The notes under the pieces are model-generated. The model saw nothing but the letters and a program-made list of their open reading frames with translations, had not been told where the DNA came from and did not search any database. From IMG/VR virus record IMGVR_UViG_2595698964_000001, positions 1-64,000 of that record: a stretch of 64,000 nucleotides of DNA. One strand, 5' to 3'. This DNA is from a virus. Lineage: Duplodnaviria > Caudoviricetes. A program made the position numbers and the translations under genes. This document shows, one piece after another, positions 41,065 through 53,342 of this stretch. The first letter of the stretch is position 1, and the number at the start of each line of letters is the position of its first letter.

Positions 41065-41634
41065 ATGACAGTTATCATTAAGAACAACGTTAACGGACTT
41101 ACAAAAGAAATTGAAAACGACATACAAACTATGATGCTAGCGGTTGACTATTTTGTATGTTCTCTATATACTGGTGGGAGCTTTGATGAGGTTAACGATT
41201 TTTCAATAATAGATGGCGGTGCTGAGAGAAAGTTAGCTGACGACGTAGATTTTGTAAAAGAGTACAAGGAGTATGTAAAGCGGTTACCAGAACGGAATAT
41301 ACAAACACACTCGTTGAGAAAGCTGGAAACTCAAACCAACGACTTGGTCACAGGATTCGTGAAAACCGTTACCTTCGTCTCAACAACTTACTTGAGTGAC
41401 GATGAGAAAAAAGCTGTAAACAGTGTCCTTAAAAATAGACTACAAGACCTTCAAAATTATCAACAACTAAAAACGGAGGCTGTGCGGAGGGTTACCGAAC
41501 TAAATTCAAAACAAAGTGGATTGATACAGGCCATTCAATATGTAGGTAGTAACATGTCAGACTCAACTTTTCGGGATGCGGTAGTTGATGCGGTCGTAGC
41601 TAAATTTATAGAAGCGACTAAAAATCAACAATAA
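41065..41634 (+). CDS. Hypothetical protein
   Basis: 189 aa ORF with RBS. Confidence 0.65.
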   Translation: MTVIIKNNVNGLTKEIENDIQTMMLAVDYFVCSLYTGGSFDEVNDFSIIDGGAERKLADDVDFVKEYKEYVKRLPERNIQTHSLRKLETQTNDLVTGFVKTVTFVSTTYLSDDEKKAVNSVLKNRLQDLQNYQQLKTEAVRRVTELNSKQSGLIQAIQYVGSNMSDSTFRDAVVDAVVAKFIEATKNQQ

Positions 41635-41682
41635 TGTTTATTTGTTACAAGGATAATACGCTTGTGCGCCGAATAACATGGT

Positions 41683-42057
41683 ATGGACATAACTACTCCG
41701 TATACAAAGAAATGGGGTGGTTTATTGAAGAGTAAGAAAGCGAAAATACTTCTTGGTTGTCTCGCTGTTGTTGCTTGTTACATCTTTTATGCTACCGTTA
41801 CTTTCGAAAAGAGAGACGCAGAACGCGTCGCAAAAGAATTTATTGAAGATCGTCTTTATGCTCCTAGTACGATAGAGTACATTGGAGACCCAGCCGTAAC
41901 AAAAATAAAGAAACACACTTACAGAGTCGAGGGAGAATTTGACGCTCAAAACAAGTTCGGAGCTACTATGCGAGGGAGTTATGACCTAGAGATTACTCTT
42001 GACAAAAAGGAAAACGAGTGGACATTACTCTACATCAATATTTTGGATCGACAATAA
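41683..42057 (+). CDS. Membrane-anchored hypothetical protein
   Basis: N-terminal TM helix; L.APST...V.G.FDAQNKFGA motif. Confidence 0.65.
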   Translation: MDITTPYTKKWGGLLKSKKAKILLGCLAVVACYIFYATVTFEKRDAERVAKEFIEDRLYAPSTIEYIGDPAVTKIKKHTYRVEGEFDAQNKFGATMRGSYDLEITLDKKENEWTLLYINILDRQ

Positions 42058-42401
42058 ACATACTTGTAAACTGAGTCTCTTTCGGTTATACTAAAGAGGA
42101 ACTAATAACTGGAAGGTGGACAAATTTATGAAAAACGCGAATGAATTCGAGAGCTTTTTGGAGGATGTCTTGCTCGAGAGTGACAAAATTGACTCAGTGG
42201 GGACTTTTGATGACGAGAGAATTAGTAGTAAACACAACGGTCTGGTAGTCGTATTTGAAGATGGCGTTGAATATAAAATAACCATAGAAAGACATAAATA
42301 GTTTAACTTTGAAGAAGTCCTCCGGGACTTCTTTTTTATTGCGTAAGCGTAAACTTTGAATAACTGGACTTTATTTGTTAAAACCAAAAGGAGGGGTTAC
42401 A

Positions 42402-43031
42402 ATGGCGTTGAAAGAACAACATGATTTGTTAGAACGTTTCCTTGACCCTGTTCTAGGTGTAAAAGGAGAGGCGAAGACACTGCTGGCGTTTGTTGGGTAT
42501 AAGAAGGAGCTTTCTGAAAGAGCTTTTCTAGTTACAGAGTTCGATACGAAATATGTAAATGGTAACGACGTAATTGTTATTGGATTAGAAAAAGGTTCAG
42601 AAAAACTCTTTGCTTGGAAGAATGTAGACGGTGTAGGAAGTAAAACAGTAAGAACATCAAAAACAGTTAGAAAGTGGTTAAACAGCGTAATATCTGATCC
42701 GTTTAGTGAGGTTGTTATCTATGTTGTTGTCTCAAACGTGACCTACAACGAATATCAAAATATGATGACTCCTCGCAAAGTTGAATATGAGTTACTCCAA
42801 AATCGGGATTCGCCGCGCATTGACGCTTTATTAAAGATCATTGATTATCGTGTACAAATAAAGAGACTCCAAGAGCGAGTTGATAGAGCTCTCGACGAGC
42901 GGGATGAGACTAAGTTTAAAGCTGTTGCGGAAGAGCTAAGGTTATTTGAAGAAAGTATACCTAATCATGTAAGGGACGAAGTTTTCAACATAAAAGGGGT
43001 GAAAAGAAAAGTTGAAACGACGAAACATTGA
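42402..43031 (+). CDS. IDEAL-domain protein (YpiB/ReoY-like C-terminus)
   Basis: C-terminal LQERVDRALDERDETKFKAVAEEL; preceded by class-II-like motif 42346-42375. Confidence 0.6.
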   Translation: MALKEQHDLLERFLDPVLGVKGEAKTLLAFVGYKKELSERAFLVTEFDTKYVNGNDVIVIGLEKGSEKLFAWKNVDGVGSKTVRTSKTVRKWLNSVISDPFSEVVIYVVVSNVTYNEYQNMMTPRKVEYELLQNRDSPRIDALLKIIDYRVQIKRLQERVDRALDERDETKFKAVAEELRLFEESIPNHVRDEVFNIKGVKRKVETTKH

Positions 43032-43735
43032 GGTTACGTATGTTTACGAGGAAAACGGGAGAGAGGTTTACAAAAACACTCTCACTTTAAAAAGGATTCT
43101 TAAGGGCGAGGACTTAACAGCCGGGATGTGTTTTAAAAAGAAGAGACCAAGACTTAGCAGAGGTGTAAACAATGTGGAAAGAAAAACAAGTGCAGGTAGT
43201 AACTGAAACCACTGACAAATTCAATGTTAGATATGTAGAGGAAGAATCTGGTTGTAAGTGTTTAACAATTTTAGACAACAAGGCGGAGCTAAATAAATTA
43301 CTATCTGACTTTAGGGACAGAAAAACAATAGCAGTAGTCACCAAGGACTATTTTACGGGACGCAAGTCTAGAGAGATGGTCAAAGTCACTTCAGTAAAAG
43401 TGTCGAGAGTTAGCTCTGTCAAGTCAATTGCAACACGTAAGATGATGCTTCCAGCTTATTTTAAAGAAGATGGATTAAAGATAGACGCTAAAAATGTAGA
43501 CCTCGTTGAGTACTTAGTATCATTCGCTATGGCTATGGATCATCTTATGGGAAGAGGACTCCAGACAGACATGGACAAGTTAATTAAAACGATTGAAGAA
43601 GCGTTTATTCATTTTTAGAGATATGCTACATTAAAGGGTACTGGAAACAGTGCTCTTTTACATTATTCTTCTTGACTTCGGTCTAAAGATATAATACAAT
43701 AGACCTGAGTAAAAATACACTTGGGAGATGATACT

Positions 43736-44233
43736 ATGTTATTAACATGCGACTATGCGAGAGCGATCATTCAAAATACAGAAGGGCAACTACTCGTAGG
43801 CTTACGTAAAAACAACTTGAGCGTGCCACTCTGGGAGTTCCCGGGAGTAATGCTAAACAGCGCTATTGACCTCAAAACGCCTATTCAAACAATAGTCATA
43901 CAAGAAATCCTTGGAGTTCAAGACGGTGATAGAGTCAGTGTTAAGGTTAACCCTACATATCATAACATCATTGAACACTCTATTGAAGATAGCAACGCGA
44001 CGATTATGATGTCAACTAGCTTCTACAGCTGCTTTGTAACGACAGAGTTTGAGAATGCTATCGAGTCTGAAACATACAAAACACTCATTTGGATAGACAA
44101 ATCCGATGTGTCTTCGTTAAACTTTACTAAACCTCATGATAGTACGTTATTTAAAATCCTAAACAAAGCGCTAACTGTTAAGGACTTGAATAAACTAACG
44201 GAGGATGACAAATGGACAATAAAGCAAATATAG
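43736..44233 (+). CDS. Nudix-fold protein with degenerate Nudix box
   Basis: AIIQNTEGQLLVGLR...LWEFPG...QEILGV. Lacks the canonical GX5EX7REUXEEXGU. Upstream TTGACT-17-TACAAT at 43672-43700. Confidence 0.55.
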   Translation: MLLTCDYARAIIQNTEGQLLVGLRKNNLSVPLWEFPGVMLNSAIDLKTPIQTIVIQEILGVQDGDRVSVKVNPTYHNIIEHSIEDSNATIMMSTSFYSCFVTTEFENAIESETYKTLIWIDKSDVSSLNFTKPHDSTLFKILNKALTVKDLNKLTEDDKWTIKQI

Positions 44234-44437
44234 TCTCACCTAAGACTATTCGGCTTGTCGATTTCAAAACAAGAGAAGTTAAAATTGTAACACTTTCAAT
44301 TGAATCTCAAAAGTATTTAGCAGAGCTCCGTGAATAGAGGGGCTCTGCTTTTGTTTTACGCGGTCTTTTTATCTCTTAGTATATTTACTTTCTTCGCGCA
44401 AATAACAGTCTATAATCGAGACAACAGCGTGTAATTT

Positions 44438-44467
44438 GGAGCGAACTTTTTATGACTTCCCTTTATT
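44438..44467 (+). promoter_or_regulatory. Class-II promoter motif
   Basis: GGAGCGAACTTT-N11-CTTTATT upstream of 44499. Confidence 0.6.
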
Positions 44468-44498
44468 CTTATAGATTCGAAAATAAGGAGGAAAAAAG

Positions 44499-47337
44499 AT
44501 GAATATTCCAAGAGATGCAAGGAAAGCAGATTTATATGATTATGTAGAAACTTTGCGTGATGGAGCTATAGTAAGTCTAAACGAAAAGTACAAAAAGAAA
44601 GTAACCGAACTCGGTTTAGTAGACGACTTTAAAAATTTGTTTAAACCAGCATTTGATGAACTGTCTGAAGCTATCCGAAAAATGAGCAATGCTTACTCAA
44701 AAGTTGAAGGGTTTAACATGAGAAGTCACGGATCAGTGTTAAACTGGAGTTTAAGCGGTTCGCTAGATAGGGTTAGATACCACTCTCAATCTGAGTCTGA
44801 CACACTAAAGTCAGCTATGAGAATGGTAGAGTCTATTATCAACAGTATGGATGAAATCGTGGTTGACAGAATTATAGATGTCTTACCGCAAGAACTTCTC
44901 GAAAAGGTGAAGACATATAATAACTTCGCAGTAGAATACAAGAAAGAGCAAGACGAACTCATTGAAGTTTATAGAAAGCTAAACTTAATCATTAAAAACG
45001 CTACGCGGGGCTCAGACGCTTGGAAAGCTCTTGAACAAACCAAGTTAAACCTTGCGCCGTTGCGTATGAAACTCGCAAAAGGTAACCAGATTTCCTCTGT
45101 ACCCAGCACAGTAATCAAAAACATCGAGCTTTTAAACAGCGTGGCTCTAGACACTGAGGAGACTAATGACGAAGATGTTCAAAAGTAAACGAGTCCGCGA
45201 GCTAGAATACAAGGTTTCTGTACTCTCTGAAGAGAACAAGCGTATAAAGAAATTAGAAAGACGTATCAAAGACCTCGAGAAGGAACTTGAAGAGATTAAC
45301 AGATCTGATTGGTATTACGCGGTAGTACACGAACACTATAGCACTAACACTATTGTTTATATCGGCTGTAGTTACAAAGACGCTTATCAAATCTACATGG
45401 AAGACAAAAATCACCAGTTGCTAACCTACAACCAAGAAAAGCTTATTAAAACAGAATCTCATTTCTAAAGGAGTCCGAAATGTCTAAAATTACTATCAAT
45501 CCTATTACAGTAAAACTTAAGCCGGAAGCCATTAGAGCTTCTGCGGTTGCCGACCTTATTTTTGTCCGACTCAATCAAGGAAAAGGACTAGTTTATTACC
45601 ATCCAAAGTCCCGAATTAGAGTTTCAAGTATTGACCCCGGGAGTTACGTTACTAGGGAAGAGGTACTTGAAAATGAAAGACACTGCAAGGTGTTACGTGT
45701 AAATGAAGATGGTTCTGTATTTGGGTCCAATTTTCTTATACCTCCTGCTGAAGGCGGTAATACACTAGACCCTGAGGAACTAACTAAGGAGATTACTTCT
45801 GCAATACGTAAACTCCAGTTAGAAATTGATATTCTCAAAGCTTCTACTAGTCGACGAGATATGACTTACAGAGAACTACAAAAGCTGACTGAACTTCAAT
45901 CTGAGGTTAATGATCTGATGATCCAAAGAGATGCTATGCTGTTTGGAGTTGGTAATGTATGAGGCATCTCGATAAAGAAGAAGTATACACCAAAGACGGG
46001 TCATTTAATACGCGTTGTTTAAAACCCGGACAGTTTGTAGACTACGCTGAGGGTAACGCTCCCGGAGATGATTTGTTTGTTTTTGAGTTCGCAAGTCAGA
46101 GAATAAAATCAGAAGGTCTACGTCATGACGGTGTGTTCTTCCGCGGTGTAATTATAGCAGTTAACAAAGATATAATAAGGGTGTCGGGTGTCTCAGCGTT
46201 TGGTGATGAAGGGACAATGTATTTATCTCCTATGAAGTGTAAGGATTACCTTACAGTTTACAAAATATAAGGAGGACTAACATGGAAGAACTCTCAAAAG
46301 GTAGTGGTTCTGTGTACGGGACTGGAGACCTTATTGGAAAAATCCAAATAGACAACGAAGGTAAAACTATAAAGAAAGCTTCTGAATCCGATAATTCTAA
46401 GAAGGACGAAGATGAAAACGAATAATCTTAACGGAGAGTGACTATGACGGTCACTCTCTTTATTTTTAAAATCTTTTAGGACACTTGTTAAGATTGTAGA
46501 TTAAGGATGGTGGTAATCTTGGAACAGACTGAACTTGGTCTGATTGTGAGATCAGAAGTAATACGCCGAGGGTTTTGTTGGAAACACAAATTTTGCTCTT
46601 TTTGCGGTAGGGAGATAACTAAACTAAACTTAAAAAAGGGTTGTCTAATACAAGGACTCCACTTTTTACATACATTAGACAACGGCGTTCAGATAAGACA
46701 GTGTTATCAAAAAAGCGCTTGTTTGCGTAGAAGGAAGGAAGCTAAGAATGAAAAATAAAAGAAATGTAAAATATGTACCTCCGTTGCTCCTACCTGTTCT
46801 TTGGGTGGTAATCGGTGTAGAGTGTGTAATACGGTTTTTTATGTGGCTAATTGGCTTTTGGAGATGTTCAGAATGTAAGGAACGCTACTTCATATATGAC
46901 GAAAGGAGGGCGATCATTGTATCTGACGTTGTATCAAAACTTGTAAAGCACGAAATAAAACAGTTTAGAGTCCTTAAACGTCGTAAAGTGTGCGTAAAAT
47001 GTCATATCAAACTTAAAGAGGAACAGCAACAACAGTTAAAGGGGGAGACTTCATAATGACTGAGTGTGTAATCTGTAAACGTAAGCTTAAAGACCACGAG
47101 TATGAACTTTGTACGCCTTGTGCTGAGAAATACGGAACAGGAGAGGATGAACCCGTAATTGGTAAGTTCAGAAAAAGGGCGATGGAGAGATGAATCAACA
47201 AGAGTATACCGATTACGTTTATTCACAAACTAGAGTCTTAGTTGAGAAAAAGATTAATGGTAGACTCAATGCGCAACAGTACGTTAAGTTCGCATCAAAG
47301 CTATGTGACTGGTTAGACCAATTTAAAGGCGTATAGA
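44499..47337 (+). other. Run of hypothetical genes (44499, 45166, 45480, 45959, 46507, 46748 and smaller ORFs)
   Basis: Contiguous plus-strand ORFs with RBSs; some carry CxxC pairs. Confidence 0.7.
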
Positions 47338-47366
47338 AAGGTTTTAGTAGAGGGGAGGGGATATAG

Positions 47367-47735
47367 GTGTTAAATGGTACTAACCACGTTAATAAAGCTA
47401 TTATACAGCTTAGAAAGAAGCTAAAACAAAGTAATGACCAAGAGGAAGTAAGGCGTAATGACGCGCTTGAAGTTATTGATATCGCAAGCGCGCAGTTCAA
47501 AGCCAACTTACTCAAAGGGAAAATTAAAATTGGAGTACCTGAATATGAGCGTCTTCAGAAACTCGGGTTGTTACTCTCTGAAAAACCAACTGAGATTATC
47601 GAGAATCGAGACACTTCAGAAGACCTTGACAATGAGACTCTTCAAAACGTTCTTGAATCTGAAGAGTTCGAAACTATCAAAGAGCAACTGTTTGCCAGTA
47701 TGAACGAACTAAACGAGGAGGGCAAAAGAAAATAA
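47367..47735 (+). CDS. Putative terminase small subunit
   Basis: Two genes upstream of terL. IDIASAQFKANLLKGKIKI resembles, from memory, the small gene preceding terL in Twort/K-like phages. Confidence 0.5.
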   Translation: MLNGTNHVNKAIIQLRKKLKQSNDQEEVRRNDALEVIDIASAQFKANLLKGKIKIGVPEYERLQKLGLLLSEKPTEIIENRDTSEDLDNETLQNVLESEEFETIKEQLFASMNELNEEGKRK

Positions 47736-48175
47736 ATAGCCCTGTTACATTCTAATTGATTGCTGAAAAGGAGGCGATACTATGGAACCGCGGAAAATGA
47801 AAATTGTTGATACTAAGTATAGTGTTACTGGACCAGTAGTCACTAAGGTTGGTCCAAATAAAGTTGAGACAAAAGCTAAGATTTACTCATGTGCGCTAAT
47901 CTTAACTGATGGGACGCCACAGCCACCTACACTAGAGAACGTGATGGGTGAGACCGAGAGGCATACTGTTGTAGGACAGCACATCGTAAAGGCTGACGAG
48001 GTTAACGAAGAAGTTGCAAAAAGTGAGGCTTACAAAGCAGCACTTAACAGAGTTTATTCATATGGATTTACAGTTGTAGAGTAGACGTGCCGTTAAGGTA
48101 CGTCTTTTCTTTTTAAAATTTTGAGTCTCTTCTGGTCTACAGTGTTGTTACAAATAATATGGGAGGTAAACGAAG

Positions 48176-49816
48176 TTGAATGACAAAAAGATGATCGAGA
48201 AACTTATAAACGCTACGCCGTCTCTTTATTGTCTAAGACACTATACAATAAAAGGAGCTCCGTTGACTTTTCACATAAAGGACAAGAATTACAAGAGGGC
48301 GGTAAAGCATAGACCTTGGCAGGAGCAGATACTTAACGATAGTCATGAAGACAAAGTGGTTCAAAAGTCTCGTCAGCTAGGATTATCAGAGTTGGCCGTC
48401 ATGGAAAACGTTTGGTTCAACGACACTAAGGGTAACGTAAAATCATTATTCACTTTCCCTAGGAACAGACAGTTACGAGACTTTGTAAAAACGCGTCTTA
48501 ACCCAGTGTTGGATTCTAATGAATACTTTAAGTCAATTGTAAATCCCCAGATGGACTCGCTAGATGTAAAGCAAATTAGAGACTCTTTTATGATGTTCCG
48601 TTCTGCTTGGGGTGGGGCTCTCGGGGAAGGTATTGATATTGACTTTCTCGGATTCGATGAGTACGACCGTATGGCAGACAACGTAGAACTCGCATTCCAA
48701 GAGTCCATGCAGTCTTCAGTGTACGGCTGGCTTCGTAGATGGTCAACACCTACTTTGCCCGGTCGAGGTGTGAACGAACAGTTTCAACACTCTGACCAAA
48801 GATTTTACATGCATAAATGCGAGAAGTGTAACCACAGACAGATTTTAAATGTTGAGGATAATATTAAACAGGTAAAGCCTAATGGAATTGACTATATTAC
48901 TGAGACTGTAGAAGATGGTACATTTGAATACGTTTGCGCCAAATGTGGTCGTCCTCTAGACAGATGGTACAACGGTGAATGGGTTGCTAAGCATCCGTCA
49001 AGAGATGGGACTAGAGGCTATCACATTTCCCAGCTTAATGCGGTTTGGATCTCGGCTGATGCTATAATGCGTCGTCAATTTAAGTACAAATCAAAACAGT
49101 TGTATTATAACTACGTAATCGGAGAACCTTATGCGGCAACAGGTTTAATCGTAACTGATGACGACATACTCTCAGCTGAAAGGTATTCAGACCCTAAAAC
49201 CTCCCGAGCTGGGTATCAAAAAGTTGTAATCGGTATTGACTGGGGTACAATTAACTGGGTGTGCGCTATCGGGATAAAAGAAGATGGTCAGACTGACTTG
49301 CTCAATACTTGGTCATTCAGAGACAACCCGGAAGTTCCATTGGAGCCTGTTCAACATATCGCTGCGATGATAAAACCATTAGACCCTGATCTTATCGTTG
49401 CTGACTACGGATATGGAGCAGACAGGAACTCACTTCTCATGCAAATATTCAAAGGTCGAGTTTGGGCTTGTAAATATCAGACTTTCAAATCAGGTTCTCA
49501 ACCAATAAACCGTTGGAATGAAACTTCCAGAATTGTAACTGTGGACAAAACGTTAACAGTACAACGTATGGTTCATACTGTAAAAGAGCGTGGAGTTGGT
49601 TTTTGGAGAATGGACGACCAACTTGCTATGTTCACAAAACATCTAAAGAACACCCGTATCATGGACGAGGAAGACGACCATGGAAACGTTTACCAAGTAG
49701 CTACGAGGGTCGGTGATGACCACTTAGCCGCGGCGTTTAACTACTGTTTGATAGGGAAAGAGAAACTTAAAAATCCTTATAAAGGTAAACCTGGGTTTGA
49801 TTTTGACTTCATTTAA
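48176..49816 (+). CDS. terL: Terminase large subunit (Herelleviridae/GpA-like)
   Basis: HRPWQ, KSRQLGLSE Walker A, FDEYDR Walker B, WSTPT, Zn motifs CEKC/CAKC, nuclease GIDWG and DDHLA. Confidence 0.92.
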   Translation: MNDKKMIEKLINATPSLYCLRHYTIKGAPLTFHIKDKNYKRAVKHRPWQEQILNDSHEDKVVQKSRQLGLSELAVMENVWFNDTKGNVKSLFTFPRNRQLRDFVKTRLNPVLDSNEYFKSIVNPQMDSLDVKQIRDSFMMFRSAWGGALGEGIDIDFLGFDEYDRMADNVELAFQESMQSSVYGWLRRWSTPTLPGRGVNEQFQHSDQRFYMHKCEKCNHRQILNVEDNIKQVKPNGIDYITETVEDGTFEYVCAKCGRPLDRWYNGEWVAKHPSRDGTRGYHISQLNAVWISADAIMRRQFKYKSKQLYYNYVIGEPYAATGLIVTDDDILSAERYSDPKTSRAGYQKVVIGIDWGTINWVCAIGIKEDGQTDLLNTWSFRDNPEVPLEPVQHIAAMIKPLDPDLIVADYGYGADRNSLLMQIFKGRVWACKYQTFKSGSQPINRWNETSRIVTVDKTLTVQRMVHTVKERGVGFWRMDDQLAMFTKHLKNTRIMDEEDDHGNVYQVATRVGDDHLAAAFNYCLIGKEKLKNPYKGKPGFDFDFI

Positions 49817-49880
49817 ACGGTGTAAACTTTCAACCTCCCTTCTTTTCTTAGGTATACGGAAAACAACGGGAGGTCTAGTT

Positions 49881-50591
49881 ATGTCTAAGAATTTTAATCC
49901 AGCTCTTGGAGACTTTGATAAGTTTATCGAGGAACACAGCGGGCTTGTAAAACATATTGTTAACAAAGGTTTTAGAACAAAACTAAAATACCTACAGGCG
50001 GAGACTTCTGATGATCTGCTACAAATTGGTTACATCGGACTTATCCACGCTTACAACAGGTATGATCCCAACAAGAATACTAAGTTTTCAAGTTTCGCTT
50101 ACTCGACTATTAGAGGGTTTATAGCAAAGTATCTTAGAGATACATCTAGTTACGCTAGTGGTATTAAATTTTCAAGCGCGACTAATGAGATTTTCTTTAA
50201 GCTTCAAAAAATGGAGGACGCGGAGATAACTGTCGACTTTGTAAAGGAAAAATTTGGTTGTGGTGAGCGACTCGCGAAGAGAGTCATTGAGCGCTCTTGG
50301 TTTCAAAGATTAGACGACGTAAACGTTAGGCTGGGTGAAGACGAGGAAGGAGAAAGATTAGGAAGTCTTATAGAACGTATCGCTGATGAAGCTGACTACT
50401 CCGTCGTTCACGTTTCTGAGTTTATGAACTACTTGTCGGACTTTGAGCGTAGTGTGTTAAAACTGCGTATGGAGGAAAAAACACAGGAAGAAATCGCAAG
50501 ACAACTTGGAGTCTATCAGATGAAGATTAGTAGAGCTCTCGAAACAATAGCTAAGAAATATTTGTATAACCAAAAAGAGGTGATACAATAG
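49881..50591 (+). CDS. RNA polymerase sigma factor, SigF/SigG/SigB-like
   Basis: Region 2 DDLLQIGYIGLIHAYNRYDP...KFSSFAYSTIRG; region 4 TQEEIARQLGVYQMKISR. Start placed after GGAGG. Confidence 0.9.
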   Translation: MSKNFNPALGDFDKFIEEHSGLVKHIVNKGFRTKLKYLQAETSDDLLQIGYIGLIHAYNRYDPNKNTKFSSFAYSTIRGFIAKYLRDTSSYASGIKFSSATNEIFFKLQKMEDAEITVDFVKEKFGCGERLAKRVIERSWFQRLDDVNVRLGEDEEGERLGSLIERIADEADYSVVHVSEFMNYLSDFERSVLKLRMEEKTQEEIARQLGVYQMKISRALETIAKKYLYNQKEVIQ

Positions 50592-51046
50592 TGGACTACT
50601 TCAAAACCTACGAAGGTGTTGTCCCTGATAGTGTTGACGTACTTAGGATAGATACGCGTAAGATTTATGTACTGGCTGATGACAAAGAGAACTTTGTAAC
50701 GATTCAACTTGTAAATAATACTAAGACCTATAAGACGCAGCTTGTTGTTATCAAACAAGATACTATTGATACTGTTAGCATACCAGAACCTCTGTTCCAT
50801 GAGTTAAAAATGTGCGCTAAAACTGACCCGGTCGAGGTTTATTTTACTGAGTATGATCTACAACCTAACATAAGAGTTTACGCGGTTAGTGAACCAAAGA
50901 CCTGCAATAAACAAAACAAAAGATCGTTAGTTATCGAGTTTAACAACGCTATAGACATGGCTGTGTTCTGTCCTCCAGAATGGCTTAATGAGACAAAGAG
51001 AACTGAATCTAACTTAATAGCTCTTTTAAGCTCGGCTTCTCTTTGA
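50591..51046 (+). CDS. Hypothetical protein coupled to the sigma gene
   Basis: Start overlaps the sigma stop codon; has RBS. Confidence 0.65.
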   Translation: MDYFKTYEGVVPDSVDVLRIDTRKIYVLADDKENFVTIQLVNNTKTYKTQLVVIKQDTIDTVSIPEPLFHELKMCAKTDPVEVYFTEYDLQPNIRVYAVSEPKTCNKQNKRSLVIEFNNAIDMAVFCPPEWLNETKRTESNLIALLSSASL

Positions 51047-51132
51047 GAAGCCTTTTCAATTTCTAAATATAAGGAAGGCGTTTTTATATTCTTTATAGTT
51101 GTTACAGAGAACATAGTGGAAGGGGCGGTATC

Positions 51133-51528
51133 ATGGAAGACTTCTTGAAATTTAGTTTTGACTTACCTTGGTACGCTGCGCTCATACTTGGTATTATTAC
51201 TGCTTATTTGGGTTACTACGCGAAGCGCATTGTTTCTAAAGATAACAGTCAAGTCGAGTTAGTCAAACAAGCAATTGATCGACAAAACTCCCTGGATAGA
51301 CGTCAAGATTCTCTTATGGACACATTCCAACAGGAAATAAAGAGATTTAACGACGACATCTTCCAAATTAGGGAAGAACTTAATGAGGAACGAAGACGGA
51401 ATATGTCTTTACAAACTCAAGTAGAGGTTCTTACGCTAGAAAACAGGGAGCTAAAGGCACTTATGGATGAGCTTAAAAAGGAGAACATCAGTTTGAAGCA
51501 GAAGTTGAAACAGTTCAACAAAAGTTGA
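51133..51528 (+). CDS. Single-TM coiled-coil membrane protein
   Basis: N-terminal hydrophobic helix followed by a long heptad region. Confidence 0.65.
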   Translation: MEDFLKFSFDLPWYAALILGIITAYLGYYAKRIVSKDNSQVELVKQAIDRQNSLDRRQDSLMDTFQQEIKRFNDDIFQIREELNEERRRNMSLQTQVEVLTLENRELKALMDELKKENISLKQKLKQFNKS

Positions 51529-51912
51529 TGTTCTCAGTAATATAATCAAGTTCCTGTAACGTATGTTAATATACAACTTACGAAAAGGGGAGTTTACAGC
51601 TATGAGCGCAGGTTTACAAAAACCAAGCAACGATCTGTTCAGGGTTCTGTTATCTCAAAAAGACGAAGCCGAAAAAGCCGTAGCCACCGCATCCAGAAAA
51701 GGAGACGAGGAACTTGAAGAGGCTGCTGAACTTATGTTGGAATCTCTCGAAGATGCTATTGACAAGCTGTGTGAGTTCACTACAAATTTAGAGGTATACC
51801 ACATTCTCCAAAAGGGCAGTTAAACACTGCCCTTTTTACATAAAAAGTCTTGTAAAGTGCGCCCGGATAACGTATACTTGAGTTGTTAATAAAAGTGAGA
51901 GGGGAACTCAAG

Positions 51913-52764
51913 ATGTCTCAAAAAGTCCTTAATAAAGTAAAACACCTATTAAACACTACCACTGAAAACGGAGCGAGCGAGGAAGAAGCGCAGAGCGCGT
52001 TCCTCAAAGCGCAAAGATTACTCGCAAAGCACGATTTAAAAATAACAGACGTTGATCACGCTGTCGACGAAAAACAAACGAGAGCTATCCACGAGACAGG
52101 AGGCGACAAAGAAAAAAGTGTATGGTGGAAACGTTCTCTTGCAAACATAATCGCTGATAACTTTCGTTGTTACACTTATTTCCAACTATACTACAAAGGG
52201 TATGAACGTTACATATTCGTCGGTAAGGGAGATGACGCAGAGATAGCAAAAACTGTATTCGAGTTTGCTTTGAAAGCTGTTCCCCATTATGCGAAACAAT
52301 ACGTCAAGAAACGCAAGAAAGAAGCGTTACAACAATCCGGGTTAGACTTTAAAAAGATGACTACAAGTGAACTGCGCCAACTTGCGGCTAGTACAGTACC
52401 AACAGCGGAGCTTATGGAACTTGATCTAAAGTATGGTGATAACAAGAAGTTGATGACTATGAGAACAATAATGGCCATCAAGAAACATCTAGGTATTGAA
52501 CTGCCTACTGCGGGGATTAAAAATGATTGGATAAAAGGTTTTCTTCAAGGGCTACGGTTACAATTTAAAGAACAGCGAGAACAAAACAAGGAAGAATGGG
52601 GATTAATCCTTGTAAAGGATGAAGACTTGGTTCAGTATTACGAAAACATTGATCTTAAATCTGCGAAACCGAGAACTATCAATTCAAGTTTTGATGCAAA
52701 AGCTATACAAGATGGAGTTGAAAAAGGTAAGAATTGGTCAACACCTTCTGGAGCCATCGAGTAA
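51913..52764 (+). CDS. DUF2786-domain protein
   Basis: KVLNKVKHLL...ASEEEAQSAFLKAQRLLAKHDL N-terminus; upstream TTGTAA-17-TATACT at 51850-51878. Confidence 0.75.
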   Translation: MSQKVLNKVKHLLNTTTENGASEEEAQSAFLKAQRLLAKHDLKITDVDHAVDEKQTRAIHETGGDKEKSVWWKRSLANIIADNFRCYTYFQLYYKGYERYIFVGKGDDAEIAKTVFEFALKAVPHYAKQYVKKRKKEALQQSGLDFKKMTTSELRQLAASTVPTAELMELDLKYGDNKKLMTMRTIMAIKKHLGIELPTAGIKNDWIKGFLQGLRLQFKEQREQNKEEWGLILVKDEDLVQYYENIDLKSAKPRTINSSFDAKAIQDGVEKGKNWSTPSGAIE

Positions 52765-53342
52765 AATCTCACTGTCTAGTGGGATTTTTTATTTTATTGG
52801 AATGATCTGTAATTAAACGCGTATGTTTAAGTAACAACACCAAGAGGGGGCTACAAGATGAATATTAAGTTCTTTGTTACTGATAAGGCTTTAGAGGAAA
52901 ATGTAAGGAAAATGATTGAAAGTGAGAGTCACCTTGAATCTAGCCGGATGGTTCGTATCCGTATACCGAAAGATTCCAAACAGAAAAGATTTGAGGGTAG
53001 AAACCAAGATTTTTACAGACATGTTAAAATAGGGGAGTAAACTTTCATTCCGCCCTCTTTTATTTAGTATAAAAGATAAAACGGGGGTCAATATGGAAGA
53101 TAAAAACTTAATAGACGTATTGTATGAAGAACTAGTTAGAGCTCTGTCTAAGTAAATAGGCGGAGCTCTTTTCATGTTTCTGGATTGTTTCGCTTGTCGT
53201 TTACAGAGGAGTATAGTATAATAGCCCTCGTAATAGTACATAACAATAATTATCAACTAATAATTGGAATATAATGGGATAACTGGAAAACCTTAAAACT
53301 ACCCATGTTGTAATAGTTTTAAGCTGAAAGGGTTGATACTAA

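Noticed and set aside
48176-49816. Intron or intein in terL, as in some relatives
   Set aside because: Single continuous 546-aa ORF with all motifs and no insertion.
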